A DNA stretch of 57,696 nt from Desulfuromonadales bacterium (GTDB lineage Bacteria > Desulfobacterota > Desulfuromonadia > Desulfuromonadales > JAAXQG01), in assembly GCA_012974445.1 (NCBI GenBank), contig JAAXQG010000299.1:1-57696 (forward strand), read 5' to 3'. The notes below the pieces were generated by a model that was not told the origin of the DNA, made no database searches, and saw only the letters and a program-made list of their open reading frames with translations. The position numbers and the translations under genes were made by a program. The stretch's first letter is position 1. Each line of letters begins with the position of its first letter. Positions 36,769 through 46,951 of the stretch are shown here, piece after piece.

Positions 36769-37641
36769 TTAAGATGCACACCCTTCGCAATAATCGTTTT
36801 CCTTATCCATCTTCTGCCAGGCAAGCTCCCGAGCATCAAAGACAGGTCCGGCTTTGCAGGAGCAGAGATAACGGGGCGTCTCTTCGCTGTGCCCTATGCC
36901 CTTGACCACACAACCCAGGCAGGCCCCGACACCGCAGGCCATCAGAGCCTCCAGAGACACCTGCAGAGGCACGCAGCGCTGGGCGCAAATTTTCTGCACC
37001 GCGTCGAGCATCGGCATGGGACCGCAGGCGTACAGGGAGGCTTCCGAGCCCAGATCGAGTCGACGCTCCAGCGCCTGAGTTACGAACCCTTGTTCTCCAA
37101 GGCTTCCGTCGTCAGTGGAGACGTAGGTCTCGACCCCGAGGCGCTCAAATTCAGTGACACAGAGGATATCTTCCCGGCTGCGCCCCCCCATATAGAGACG
37201 TACCTTTGTGGTTTTGACCAGTTCCCTGGCCAGCATATAGAGGGGCACAAGGCCGATGCCCCCCCCGACCAGAATCTGTTCACGCCCCTCAAGAAGGGGG
37301 CTGAACCCCCGCCCCAGCGGACCGAGCACCTCGATGCGATCCCCCTGATGGAGATCCTTGAGAAGATTGGTACCCCGGCCGACAACTTTATAAAGGATTT
37401 CCAGATACTCCTTCGGAGGTTGCCCCTCGCAGTCGGGGGGAAGAGTTCCGGTCTGAAAGATCCCGAAAGGTCGCCGCAGCAGCGGGTGCAGCGATCGCTG
37501 CACCCGCAGCATGACAAAATGACCGGGTTTTGCACTGCCGGGATAACCGGGTGCCAGAATACGCATGCGGAAGTATCCCGGGGAAACTTCCTGATTGGAG
37601 AGCACAACCGTTTTGAGATTCTTCACTGTCTGTTCGTTCAT
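36769..37641 (-). CDS. pyrK: dihydroorotate dehydrogenase B, electron-transfer (FAD/2Fe-2S) subunit
   Basis: RPFGI FAD motif and C-terminal [13 protein letters not shown]...CKAGPVF 2Fe-2S cluster motif. Overlaps the rimI stop by 4 nt. Confidence 0.9.
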   Translation of the reverse strand: MNEQTVKNLKTVVLSNQEVSPGYFRMRILAPGYPGSAKPGHFVMLRVQRSLHPLLRRPFGIFQTGTLPPDCEGQPPKEYLEILYKVVGRGTNLLKDLHQGDRIEVLGPLGRGFSPLLEGREQILVGGGIGLVPLYMLARELVKTTKVRLYMGGRSREDILCVTEFERLGVETYVSTDDGSLGEQGFVTQALERRLDLGSEASLYACGPMPMLDAVQKICAQRCVPLQVSLEALMACGVGACLGCVVKGIGHSEETPRYLCSCKAGPVFDARELAWQKMDKENDYCEGCAS

Positions 37642-38078
37642 GATGGCCTCAGGGTTTGGGTCATGATCAGGGCGTCTTCGCCGTCGGAATAATATTTTTT
37701 TCTCCTGCCCGCCGACTCAAAGCCGAAACCTTCGTAAAGCCGTCGGGCTGGATCATTGCCAATGCGGACCTCGAGAAAGACCCTCTCGGCCCCTGCCTGT
37801 TCGTAGAGATCGAGGCGAAACTGAAGCAGGCAGCGCCCCAGACCATGGCGACGAAACGCAGGATGAACTGCCAGATTCAGAATTTCAACCTCGGCGCAGA
37901 GTTCGCGACTGATAAGAAAGCCGGCGATTTCGCCGTCAAGAATCACCAGATCACAGCGGGAACAGAGAGAAACAAGCTCGTCGATGAAGGCCTGTCGACT
38001 CCACCCCGCAGGCGAAGAGAGCATTTCGATGGATTCGACGGCGCTCAGGTCCTGCTGAGTCATGGGGCGAAAAAGCAT
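37638..38078 (-). CDS. rimI: ribosomal-protein-alanine N-acetyltransferase (GNAT)
   Basis: IRPMT-like start FRPMTQQDLSAVESIE; acetyl-CoA motif HPAFRRHGLGRCLL. The start is uncertain (TTG 38093, ATG 38078 or ATG 38063). Confidence 0.75.
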   Translation of the reverse strand: MLFRPMTQQDLSAVESIEMLSSPAGWSRQAFIDELVSLCSRCDLVILDGEIAGFLISRELCAEVEILNLAVHPAFRRHGLGRCLLQFRLDLYEQAGAERVFLEVRIGNDPARRLYEGFGFESAGRRKKYYSDGEDALIMTQTLRPS

Positions 38079-38184
38079 ATCTACACAATTCAAAAAATGG
38101 ATCTTCCGCAGGGGGTGAGAATGCCAAAAAGGAGGTTATAATAGGAAACCTCGAATTACCTGTAAAGAGTTCATGGAACGAATA

Positions 38185-38213
38185 TTGACAAAGTACGGTT
38201 GCGCTGATTAAAT
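38185..38213 (+). promoter_or_regulatory. sigma70-type promoter for purMN
   Basis: TTGACA (38185-38190), a 17-nt spacer, then TTAAAT (38208-38213), about 42 nt upstream of the purM start. Confidence 0.5.
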
Positions 38214-38254
38214 GGCCCCTCGCTGCAATTCAAGAATCCTAGGAGTATCCGATT

Positions 38255-39301
38255 TTGAGTAAGGAAAAAACCACCTACCGCGATGCCGGTGTCGACATCG
38301 AAGAAGGCAACCGCTTTGTTCAACTGATCAAGCCCCTGGTCAAGGCCACCAAGCGCCCCGAAGTCCTTACGGACATCGGCGGTTTCGGCGGACTTTTTGC
38401 CCTGCAGTCCGGCAAGTACAAGAAACCCGTCCTGGTGTCTTCCACCGATGGCGTCGGAACCAAGCTCAAGGTCGCCTTCATGGCTGGCAAGCATGATACC
38501 GTGGGCATCGACCTGGTTGCCATGTGTGTCAATGACATCATCGTTCAGGGCGCCGAGCCCCTGTTCTTCCTCGACTATCTGGGCACAGGCAAACTCTCGG
38601 CCGAAAAGTCTGTCGAGGTTGTCAAGGGTATTTCAGCCGGCTGCGTACAGGCAGGCTGCGCCCTGATCGGTGGAGAAACCGCCGAACTGCCCGGCTTTTA
38701 CAGCGATGGTGAATACGATCTGGCAGGCTTCACCGTGGGCGTAGCCGATTACGATCAGATCATCGATGGCTCATCCATAACTGTCGGCGACCGGATCATC
38801 GGCCTGGCCTCCAGCGGACTGCACTCCAACGGCTACTCCCTGGCCCGCAAGGTCTTCTTCGACAAGATGGGACTCGGCATCGACAGCCTGGTCGACGGCT
38901 TCAGGGGAACTCTGGGCGATGAACTTCTGACCCCCACCCACATCTACGTCAAGCCCCTGCTCAACCTGATCAGAGACTTCAACATCAAGGGCATGGCACA
39001 TATCACCGGAGGTGGACTGCTCGAAAACGTTCCTCGCGTCCTGCCCCAGCATTGCAAGGCAGTCATCGAAAAAAACAGCTGGCCCAAGGCTCCTGTCTTC
39101 GAGGTGCTTCGCGAAGCGGGCAACGTCGACGAAGAGGAGATGTACCGCACCTTCAATTACGGTATCGGCATGGTTCTGATCGTGCCCGAAAACCAGTGCG
39201 ATGACATCTTGAGCCGTCTCAATGGCTTTAACGAAAAAGCCTATCTCATTGGTGAAATTGCAGCCAATGACAGTGGCCAGCAGATCGTCGAACTGGTCTG
39301 A
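38255..39301 (+). CDS. purM: phosphoribosylformylglycinamidine cyclo-ligase (AIR synthetase)
   Basis: YRDAGVDIEEGN...GGFGGLF...STDGVGTK. TTG start with AGGAG 9 nt upstream. Confidence 0.93.
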   Translation: MSKEKTTYRDAGVDIEEGNRFVQLIKPLVKATKRPEVLTDIGGFGGLFALQSGKYKKPVLVSSTDGVGTKLKVAFMAGKHDTVGIDLVAMCVNDIIVQGAEPLFFLDYLGTGKLSAEKSVEVVKGISAGCVQAGCALIGGETAELPGFYSDGEYDLAGFTVGVADYDQIIDGSSITVGDRIIGLASSGLHSNGYSLARKVFFDKMGLGIDSLVDGFRGTLGDELLTPTHIYVKPLLNLIRDFNIKGMAHITGGGLLENVPRVLPQHCKAVIEKNSWPKAPVFEVLREAGNVDEEEMYRTFNYGIGMVLIVPENQCDDILSRLNGFNEKAYLIGEIAANDSGQQIVELV

Positions 39302-39975
39302 TGAACGGCACAGCCCCAAGAAAAAAAATTCGTCTGGGCGTTCTGGCCTCGGGGGGAGGAAGCAACCTTCAGTCCATCATCGATGCCTGCAATGCCGGCA
39401 GTCTTGATGCAGAAATCGCCCTGGTTCTAAGCAACAATCCGGAGGCGGGTGCACTTGCCCGGGCCCGCGACAACGCGATCCCCCTTGAGTGCATCGACCA
39501 CCGCGACTTCGCACAACGCAGCGACTTCGATCGCGCCGTTGTGGATTGCCTCGAAGATAGAGGGGTGGAGCTGGTTGTTCTAGCTGGATTCATGCGATTG
39601 ATCTCCGGAGCCTTCCTTGAGAAGTTCCCCCATCGGATCATGAACATTCATCCGGCCTTGCTTCCCGCCTTCCCCGGGCTTCACGTCCAACGTAAGGCCC
39701 TGGAGTCTGGCGCCCGATTCTCCGGTTGCACAGTGCATTTCGTTGACGAGGGGATGGACACGGGTCCGATTATCATTCAGGCTGTTGTACCGGTGCTGGA
39801 GCAGGACACAGAAGACACCCTGAGCGCACGGATCCTGGAGCAGGAGCACCGTATTTACCCCCGTGCCATTCAGCTCTTTGCCGAGGGTCGCATCAAAGTG
39901 GATGGCCGTCGCGTACAGATCGAACCTCCCTTGCCCCCCTGCTGCGGCTCACTGTCCAATCCGGTTCTGGGCTAG
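39301..39975 (+). CDS. purN: phosphoribosylglycinamide formyltransferase
   Basis: VLASGGGSNLQSIIDA...NIHPALLPAF...GCTVHFVDEGMDTGPII. The start overlaps the purM stop (TGATG). Confidence 0.92.
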   Translation: MNGTAPRKKIRLGVLASGGGSNLQSIIDACNAGSLDAEIALVLSNNPEAGALARARDNAIPLECIDHRDFAQRSDFDRAVVDCLEDRGVELVVLAGFMRLISGAFLEKFPHRIMNIHPALLPAFPGLHVQRKALESGARFSGCTVHFVDEGMDTGPIIIQAVVPVLEQDTEDTLSARILEQEHRIYPRAIQLFAEGRIKVDGRRVQIEPPLPPCCGSLSNPVLG

Positions 39976-40072
39976 AAGTTACTTTTTCCCGCTGTAGGGC
40001 AAAAAGAGTTGTCACCCGGCAACGAAACATGCTAAACAATCTTGTTTATAATTTATAGAAGGAGTTTTTGAG

Positions 40073-40267
40073 ATGTCGAGACAATGTGAAATTTGTGGAA
40101 AAAAACCCGTTAGCGGTAATAACGTGAGCCATGCTCATAATAAAACCAAGCGTATTTTCCGTCCTAACATTCAGAATGTTAATGCTCTCCAGCCTACAGG
40201 CGGCGTCAAGTCCATGAAGGTCTGCACCCGTTGCATCCGTTCAGGCCTGATTAAAAAGTCTGCCTGA
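40073..40267 (+). CDS. rpmB: 50S ribosomal protein L28
   Basis: [44 protein letters not shown] upstream. Confidence 0.95.
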   Translation: MSRQCEICGKKPVSGNNVSHAHNKTKRIFRPNIQNVNALQPTGGVKSMKVCTRCIRSGLIKKSA

Positions 40268-40286
40268 GCAAGTTCTGGCATAAGAA

Positions 40287-40324
40287 ATAAAAAAAGGGGC
40301 TCTTTTTCAAGAGTCCCTTTTTTT
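40287..40324. terminator. bidirectional rho-independent terminator (rpmB on + / ridA on -)
   Basis: 9-bp stem 40296-40304 / 40309-40317 (one G-U pair) with a 4-nt loop, flanked by an A-run (40286-40295) and a 7-T run (40318-40324). Confidence 0.7.
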
Positions 40325-40347
40325 ATTTCTTAAAAGCTGGCAAAAAT

Positions 40348-40734
40348 CTACTTGCCCCTGTAGGCAACCCATTCGATTTCCACCAGTGCCCCCTTGGGTA
40401 GCGCTGAGACTTCCACGGTGGCACGCGCAGGTGCTTTCTGAGGGAACCGGCGACCATAGATTTCGTTGACCGTGGCAAAACTGCCCAGATCGGTCAGAAA
40501 AATCGTGGTTTTAACCACATGGGCAAATCCGAGCCCTGCTCCTGCGAGAGCCCCTTCCATGTTTTTCATCACCTGCTCGGTCTGCTCCTCGACGCTGTGC
40601 CCAACCAGTTCACCGCTCACTGGATCAAGGGGGATCTGTCCGGAGTAAAAAATGAAATCCCCGGCGGCCATCCCCTGCGAATAGGGGCCTATCGCTGCCG
40701 GCGCCCTGTCTGTCTGAATCGGTTCCATCGACAT
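40348..40734 (-). CDS. ridA: RidA family reactive-intermediate (enamine/imine) deaminase
   Basis: APAAIGPYSQG...SGQIPLDP...ARATVEVSALPKGALVEIE (YjgF/RidA signature). Confidence 0.9.
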   Translation of the reverse strand: MSMEPIQTDRAPAAIGPYSQGMAAGDFIFYSGQIPLDPVSGELVGHSVEEQTEQVMKNMEGALAGAGLGFAHVVKTTIFLTDLGSFATVNEIYGRRFPQKAPARATVEVSALPKGALVEIEWVAYRGK

Positions 40735-40754
40735 GCCAAATCTCCTTGAGTTGA

Positions 40755-42890
40755 CTATTCTTTGAGACGGTCAACACGCTTGACCCCTTTGATTTTCCTG
40801 ATGGAGTTAAAAACCTTGTTGAGATGATCTAGATCCTGAACATCGATCTCGAAGGTATTCTCCCCCCATCGCCCTTCCCTTGCCATGACATTGGCGCTGA
40901 CAATATTGGCCTCACACTCGGTGATCGCTGCGGTGATGGAGGCAAGTATTCCCCGCTGGTCCGAGCAGTAAATGCGGATCTTGATTGGACGGGAGGTTTT
41001 CTTGCTTGGATCCCAGCTGACATCGACCTGGCGCTCAGGATCAGCTTCCTGCACTTGAACACAATCTCCGATATGGACAGTAACCCCCCTGCCCTGGGTA
41101 ATAAACCCGACAACAGCGTCACCGGGCAGGGGATTGCAACACTGGGCAAAACGCACCATGATGTCATCGATCCCCTGAATCAGGATTCCTTCCGAAGTTT
41201 TTTTCTTCCGGAACTTCTGCAGCACCCTGCCCAAGGGGTTCTTCTTCTGCTTGTCGGCCTGAAACTGCTCCTGGGGCACGACATAAGAGAGAACCTGCCC
41301 GCAGGAGAGCTTGCCATAACCGATGGCCACAAGCAGGTCATCGGCCTCCTTCATACCGAATGCAGTGACGGCCTCAGCCATATCCGGGGAGGCAAGGGTC
41401 TTCTTGAGACCGAAGCCGTATTTGCGCAGCCCCTTCTCGAAAACCTCGCGCCCCAGTTCCAGACTGCGCTGCCGCTCTTGAGCCTTGATCCATTGCCGAA
41501 TCCGGTTGCGTGCCCTGGAGGTTGTGACGAACTTCAACCAGTCCTTGCTCGGACTCTGTGACGAAGAAGTGACAATCTCGACCATATCGCCATTATTAAG
41601 TGCGGTCTTGAGGGGAACCAGCTTGCCGTTGATACGAGCACCCGTGCAATGCATCCCCACATCGGAATGAACGGCAAAGGCAAAATCAATGGTACAAGCG
41701 CCCTGTGCGAGCTCTTTGACTGCGCCCTCGGGAGTGAAGACATAAACCGAATCAGGAAACAGGTCGACGGCTAGACTATCGGCAAATTCGCCGGCATCAC
41801 GCAACTCCTGCTGCAGCTGACGCATCTTGCTCACCCCTTCGTCAGGTGCCCCCCCTCCGCCTTCCTTGTACTTCCAGTGAGCGGCGATCCCCTCTTCAGC
41901 CACAGAATGCATCTCAAAGGTTCGGATCTGAACCTCCATCCGAGCCCCCTGGGGTCCCACAACCGTCGTGTGCAAGGACTGATACATGTTCGCCTTGGGC
42001 ATGGCGATGTAGTCCTTGAATCGTCCCGATACCGGCTTCCACAACGAATGAATCATGCCCAGCACGGCATAACAGTCGCGCACCGATTCCACCAGGACGC
42101 GAAAGGCGATGAGGTCAAAGACCTCATCAAGCGAAACGCCCTGTCGACGTATTTTCTTGTACAGGGAAAACAGATGTTTGGCCCGCCCGGAGACTTCGCC
42201 GGCGATCTGCTGTTTCTCCAACAGTTCGCTGAGTTCCTTCTTGATCAACTGCAGATGGGACTCGCGCTGCTTCACTGCATCGGAAACCTGGGCCCGAAGA
42301 TCTTCGTAGACCTCAGGCTCCAGCACATGAAAACAGAGATCTTCAAGTTCGCTCTTCACCCAGCTCATACCGAGGCGGTTGGCCAAAGGAGCGTAAATAT
42401 GGCGGGTCTCCCGTGCAATGCGCTGCTGTGTTTCAGCGGGAAGGGCATCGACGGTTCGCATGTCGTGAACCTGATCGGCAAGCTTGATCAGTACGACACG
42501 GATATCCCGGGCAAGGGCCATGAGCAACTTGCGGAAGTTTTCAGCCTCGGAGTCCTTCTCACCCCGAAAAGAGAGCCGATCCACCTTACAGACCCCCTCG
42601 ACCAGCTCTGCCACTTCTTCGCCGAATCGATCTGAGATGGTCTTGAGATCACAGTGTTCATTGAGAACCGTGTGATGCAGCAAACCCGCAAGAGCCGTGG
42701 GCAGGTCGACCTTGAAGAGGGTAAGGATATAGGTGACTTCAAGCAGATGGGAAGTATAGGGATCACCGCTGCGACGCTTATCATCGGCGTGCAGGGAAGA
42801 GCAGAAATCCCAGGCATCCTGAATTGGGGCAAGATCGGTATCGGGCAGATGGGACTGAATCCCATCGATCACATCCTGAAGCTGAATCAT
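40755..42890 (-). CDS. rel: long RelA/SpoT-homologue (p)ppGpp synthetase; hydrolase HD motif appears degenerate
   Basis: Synthetase core (GRAKHLFSLYKKI...DLIAFRVLV...YQSLHTTV...EVQIRT), with TGS and ACT regions. In the hydrolase domain the expected LLHD..ED reads LLHHTVLNEH (aa 70-79). Confidence 0.9.
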   Translation of the reverse strand: MIQLQDVIDGIQSHLPDTDLAPIQDAWDFCSSLHADDKRRSGDPYTSHLLEVTYILTLFKVDLPTALAGLLHHTVLNEHCDLKTISDRFGEEVAELVEGVCKVDRLSFRGEKDSEAENFRKLLMALARDIRVVLIKLADQVHDMRTVDALPAETQQRIARETRHIYAPLANRLGMSWVKSELEDLCFHVLEPEVYEDLRAQVSDAVKQRESHLQLIKKELSELLEKQQIAGEVSGRAKHLFSLYKKIRRQGVSLDEVFDLIAFRVLVESVRDCYAVLGMIHSLWKPVSGRFKDYIAMPKANMYQSLHTTVVGPQGARMEVQIRTFEMHSVAEEGIAAHWKYKEGGGGAPDEGVSKMRQLQQELRDAGEFADSLAVDLFPDSVYVFTPEGAVKELAQGACTIDFAFAVHSDVGMHCTGARINGKLVPLKTALNNGDMVEIVTSSSQSPSKDWLKFVTTSRARNRIRQWIKAQERQRSLELGREVFEKGLRKYGFGLKKTLASPDMAEAVTAFGMKEADDLLVAIGYGKLSCGQVLSYVVPQEQFQADKQKKNPLGRVLQKFRKKKTSEGILIQGIDDIMVRFAQCCNPLPGDAVVGFITQGRGVTVHIGDCVQVQEADPERQVDVSWDPSKKTSRPIKIRIYCSDQRGILASITAAITECEANIVSANVMAREGRWGENTFEIDVQDLDHLNKVFNSIRKIKGVKRVDRLKE

Positions 42891-42938
42891 CGATATCTCC
42901 TCCGGAATAGATTCCGGACCGAAGAACCTTCAGCAATT

Positions 42939-42971
42939 GGCGCGCCGGGCCTCAAAACAACCCGGCGCGCC
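42939..42971. repeat. perfect 11-bp GC hairpin between rpoZ and rel
   Basis: ggcgcgccggg (42939-42949), an 11-nt loop, cccggcgcgcc (42961-42971). No U-tract follows on the minus strand. Confidence 0.6.
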
Positions 42972-42978
42972 GCGAGAA

Positions 42979-43182
42979 CTACTTACGGGTGGGGAATGAG
43001 TAGTCGATCTTACCAGCGGCGATTTCCCGAAGGGCAAGAACAACATTTTTGTTGCCCGATCGATTTTCAATCAAGGGAGGAGCTCCCTTATAGAGCTGCT
43101 TTGACCTCTTGGCGGCAATCATGGTCAACAAAAAACGGTTGGGGACCTGCTCAAGGCAATCCTGTACTGTAACGCGAGCCAT
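42979..43182 (-). CDS. rpoZ: DNA-directed RNA polymerase subunit omega
   Basis: [30 protein letters not shown]. Confidence 0.93.
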   Translation of the reverse strand: MARVTVQDCLEQVPNRFLLTMIAAKRSKQLYKGAPPLIENRSGNKNVVLALREIAAGKIDYSFPTRK

Positions 43183-43250
43183 AGTGTAACTCCTTCAGGG
43201 GTTCATAAGCCGGGCTCTGCACCCGGGATCAGTTGTAAGACTGCAATGTG

Positions 43251-43871
43251 CTAAGGGGTGACAACCCGCCTGGCACGGCAATGTTCGGCAATAACGATAG
43301 AGCGAAACTGCTCAAAAGCCACCGGCAGCTCATCATTCACAATAATGTAATCGTATCGGGAAGCCTGGTCCATCTCAAAACGCGCATTATCGATGCGACG
43401 GGAGATGACTTCCGGACGGTCAGTTCCCCGGCCGCGCAACCGGCGCTCAAGTTCCTCAACCGAGGGGGGAAGAATAAAAACAAAGATTCCGTGACCGTAA
43501 TTGCTCCGGATCTGATCGGCACCCTGGTAGTCGATATCCAGCAGCACATCGACTCCGGCCATCCGCAGCTCCTCAAGTCGCTCGATTCCCGTTCCGTAGC
43601 AGTTATCATGCACCTCGGCCCACTCGGCAAAACGTCCCTGCCGGGCCATGCTGTCGAAGAGATCCCCATCCACAAAGTGATAATCCACTCCGTCGACCTC
43701 TCCTTCGCGCATAGCACGCGTGGTATGGGAAATCGAGAGCTTCATTTCCGGGAACCGGGTGAGAAGCTCTCTGCACAGAGTTGTCTTGCCCGCACCGGAA
43801 GGGGCCGAGACGATAAAGAGCATTCCCTCGCCAGTGCGAGCGCAGCCCTTTTCAAGAACTGAATTACTCAA
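43251..43871 (-). CDS. gmk: guanylate kinase
   Basis: SAPSGAGKTTL P-loop and HTTRAMREGEVDGVDYHF. The track start is a TTG overlapping the yicC stop; ATG 43823 is an alternative. Confidence 0.9.
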   Translation of the reverse strand: MSNSVLEKGCARTGEGMLFIVSAPSGAGKTTLCRELLTRFPEMKLSISHTTRAMREGEVDGVDYHFVDGDLFDSMARQGRFAEWAEVHDNCYGTGIERLEELRMAGVDVLLDIDYQGADQIRSNYGHGIFVFILPPSVEELERRLRGRGTDRPEVISRRIDNARFEMDQASRYDYIIVNDELPVAFEQFRSIVIAEHCRARRVVTP

Positions 43872-44742
43872 TGTTTTGAACCTGTTCCCTGATCTTTTCC
43901 AGCTCAGACTTGAGGCTCACCACCAGACGGCTGAGTTGTGCGTCATTGGCCTTGGACCCCATGGTATTAACTTCACGATTAAATTCCTGAAGCAGAAAAT
44001 CCATTTGCCTTCCCACGGGTTCCTGCGACTCGTACAGGTCACGAAACTGAACCACATGACTCTGGAAACGAGCGATTTCCTCGCTGATATCGCAGCGGTC
44101 GGTAAAAAGAGTGATCTCCTGAGCGACCCGCTGGGGATCAATCTCGATCTCATCGCCCAGACGACAAAGTCTCTCATGGAGACGCTCGCGCCATTCGCCG
44201 ACCACAAGAGGAGAGCGTTCCATGACTGCCTTGAGCAGATCCTCGACACCTGAGACCCGGGCATCCATGTCTTCCCGGGTCGCCTCCCCCTCTCGGGAGC
44301 GCATGAGCGTGACGGCCTTGAGAGCCTCGGCCAAAGCCTCTTTGAGGCAACTCAGAAGAGCCTGGTCGTCCAGAGACTGCTCCTGAAGGGTCAGCACGTC
44401 TTTCTGGGAGACGAGCAGCTCCAGGGGAATTTCGGAGCCCAGTCCGTACTGCTGGCTGAGACCCTTGAACAACTCAAGATAACGCTCGGCCAGAAGGGTA
44501 TTTACCCCGGGTACAGCCGCAGCTTCGCCGGGCTGATCGATACTGATAAACAGATCGACTTTCCCCCTCTTCAGACTCTGGGATACCTGTTTACGGATAT
44601 CATTCTCGTAGGCCATCAGACTGCGGGGAGCTTTGAGGCCGATATCACAGTAGCGATGATTGACCGTTTTAATTTCCACGGAGACGCAAAGGGAGCCGCC
44701 TTCGGCCACGGCCTTTCCATATCCGGTCATACTTTTCAACAT
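43864..44742 (-). CDS. yicC: YicC family stress-induced protein
   Basis: MLKSMTGYGKA...EIKTVNHRY...C-terminal EFNREVNTMGSKAND...KSELEKIREQVQNIE. Confidence 0.88.
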   Translation of the reverse strand: MLKSMTGYGKAVAEGGSLCVSVEIKTVNHRYCDIGLKAPRSLMAYENDIRKQVSQSLKRGKVDLFISIDQPGEAAAVPGVNTLLAERYLELFKGLSQQYGLGSEIPLELLVSQKDVLTLQEQSLDDQALLSCLKEALAEALKAVTLMRSREGEATREDMDARVSGVEDLLKAVMERSPLVVGEWRERLHERLCRLGDEIEIDPQRVAQEITLFTDRCDISEEIARFQSHVVQFRDLYESQEPVGRQMDFLLQEFNREVNTMGSKANDAQLSRLVVSLKSELEKIREQVQNIE

Positions 44743-44765
44743 AACAGATCCTGTTCCAGCCCGCC

Positions 44766-46106
44766 TCAGTTCAATCGACGTCCAATGCCGACATACTCGA
44801 AACCGCTGTCCTTGAGTGTTTTCATATCATAGATATTACGCCCGTCGAAAATAACGGGTTGCTTCATCATCCGCTTCATCGCATCGAAATCCGGGTGCCT
44901 GAAGGGTTTCCATTCGGTCACCAGAGCCATGGCATCGACCTGATCAAGAGCGGCGTACTGATGCTGAGCCAGACTGAGACGGCCGGTGTCGAACCATGAG
45001 GAAGGAAGAAACTCACGAGCTGCATCCATAGCTACTGGATCATAGGCCTTCACATTGGCTCCTGCACCGATCAACGCTTCGAGCAGAACGATAGAGGGGG
45101 CATCACGCATATCGTCCGTGTCGGGCTTGAATGCCAGCCCCCAGAGGCCGAAGCTGAGCCCGGAGAGGTCGGCTCCGAAGCGACATACAATTTTCTCAAA
45201 GAGCAGATGCTTCTGCGCTTCGTTGCGGGCATGAACCGCCTTGAGGACGGAAGGCTCGAAATCACAGGCATCAGCCATATTGATCAGAGCGCGAACGTCC
45301 TTGGGAAAGCAACTGCCCCCGTAACCGCAACCGGGATAGATAAAAGAATAGCCGATACGGCTGTCCGAACCTATGCCGACACGCACTTTTTCCACATCCA
45401 CATCGAGGCGATCACAGAGATTGGAAATTTCGTTCATGAAAGAGATCTTGGTCGCCAGCATGGCATTGGCGGCGTACTTGGTCATCTCCGCATCGCGCAC
45501 GCCCATGAAAATCGTTCTTTCATGGTTGCGGTTGAAGGGGGCGTAGAGCTCATGCATGAGCTCCCGGGCCCGGGCGCTATCAGAGCCCACGACGATGCGA
45601 TCAGGACGCATGAAGTCGTTGACCGCAGCGCCCTCCTTCAGGAATTCAGGATTACTCACCACATCAAAGTCAATATCGACCCCGCGGGCATCGAGTTCGG
45701 CCTGAACAGCCTCACGCACCCTGTCGGCCGTGCCCACGGGAACCGTGGACTTGTCGACGATGACACCGTAGTCCTTCAGGTTCTGACCGATCTCCCGAGC
45801 AACCTGAAGCACATACTGAAGATCAGCGGACCCATCTTCCCCGGGAGGGGTTCCGACACCGATAAAATAGACCGATGAATCCGCCATCCCCTCGGCCAGA
45901 GAGCTGGTGAAGCTGAGGCGGCCCTCCTCCTGATTGGTCTTGACGAGCTCCTCGATCCCCGGTTCGTGAATGGGGATAATTCCGTCTCGGAGTCGATCCA
46001 CCTTCTGCAGGTCCACATCAACGCAGCAGACATGGTTGCCCATCTCAGCGAAACAGGCTCCGGTGACGAGTCCAACATACCCTGTACCGATCACGGTGAT
46101 ATTCAA
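44766..46106 (-). CDS. ugd: UDP-glucose 6-dehydrogenase
   Basis: ITVIGTGYVGLVTGACFA Rossmann fold and catalytic GYGGSCFPKD. Confidence 0.9.
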   Translation of the reverse strand: MNITVIGTGYVGLVTGACFAEMGNHVCCVDVDLQKVDRLRDGIIPIHEPGIEELVKTNQEEGRLSFTSSLAEGMADSSVYFIGVGTPPGEDGSADLQYVLQVAREIGQNLKDYGVIVDKSTVPVGTADRVREAVQAELDARGVDIDFDVVSNPEFLKEGAAVNDFMRPDRIVVGSDSARARELMHELYAPFNRNHERTIFMGVRDAEMTKYAANAMLATKISFMNEISNLCDRLDVDVEKVRVGIGSDSRIGYSFIYPGCGYGGSCFPKDVRALINMADACDFEPSVLKAVHARNEAQKHLLFEKIVCRFGADLSGLSFGLWGLAFKPDTDDMRDAPSIVLLEALIGAGANVKAYDPVAMDAAREFLPSSWFDTGRLSLAQHQYAALDQVDAMALVTEWKPFRHPDFDAMKRMMKQPVIFDGRNIYDMKTLKDSGFEYVGIGRRLN

Positions 46107-46214
46107 AACAAACTCCTTGAAGATTCAATAACAGAAGCAGGAATCCAGGACGGGACTCGCAAAGCTTCGAATTATAAACAGTATAGATTATCCCGCCAAG
46201 GAAAAAGAGGGAAC

Positions 46215-46925
46215 TCAGCGCCCAAAACGAGGAAGAATGGGAAATTTCTCATCAGGGGAGTTTTTATCGATGAGCATCGGGGCAGTCTGCCCCGATGAAG
46301 AAGAGGGCTCAGAACTGGCGCCATCCTCCAGCAGAACCATGCCGGTGCGCTGCAGCACCTCCATTCGGTAGAGGTGATTCTGCTCCATTTTGCGACGACG
46401 AAGCAGATAGTTCAGAACCAACCAGAGCACAGCCAGCAACATCGCCGCCCCCGACAGGGCGCCCAGAGCCATGAGCAGGGTTCGGGCCGCCGCTTCCCCG
46501 GTCTGAACCAGGTAGTGAGCGATGTCGTCCATCTTGTAGAGCAGGCCCGTAGAAACCAACAGCAAAAAGAGCCAGAGCAGCAGGGGAACCTGACGGGTAA
46601 GACCGTAGAGCATATCAAGTCGTGAGCCTGCGCTCAGGCTCGTTACCGACTCCTGAGCGCAGGGCGGGGAAAAATGTGCATCGAAGACCTTGAGGGTCAG
46701 ACCAAAGACCAGGGTGAGGGCCACCGGAGCCGAAAAGGCAGCGAAGAGATAGAGCTTCCAGGGAAATTCCGTTGCATCACCGGCGAGATAGGTAACAAAA
46801 CAGCCGAAGAAGAGAAACCCCTCAAGAAGGCAGAGCACCAGCAGATAGTTCTGGAATAGACTCTTCAACTCTTTGCGACTGTAGATGGCCGCAAGAATAC
46901 CCCTGGTTTTAAATTCGTCCATCAA
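46215..46925 (-). CDS. hypothetical membrane protein (about 4 TM helices, Ser-rich C-terminal tail)
   Basis: The ORF has clear hydrophobic helices. I recognise no family. Confidence 0.55.
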   Translation of the reverse strand: MMDEFKTRGILAAIYSRKELKSLFQNYLLVLCLLEGFLFFGCFVTYLAGDATEFPWKLYLFAAFSAPVALTLVFGLTLKVFDAHFSPPCAQESVTSLSAGSRLDMLYGLTRQVPLLLWLFLLLVSTGLLYKMDDIAHYLVQTGEAAARTLLMALGALSGAAMLLAVLWLVLNYLLRRRKMEQNHLYRMEVLQRTGMVLLEDGASSEPSSSSGQTAPMLIDKNSPDEKFPILPRFGR

Positions 46926-46951
46926 TACAAATCCTCGGACAGATCATCTAT

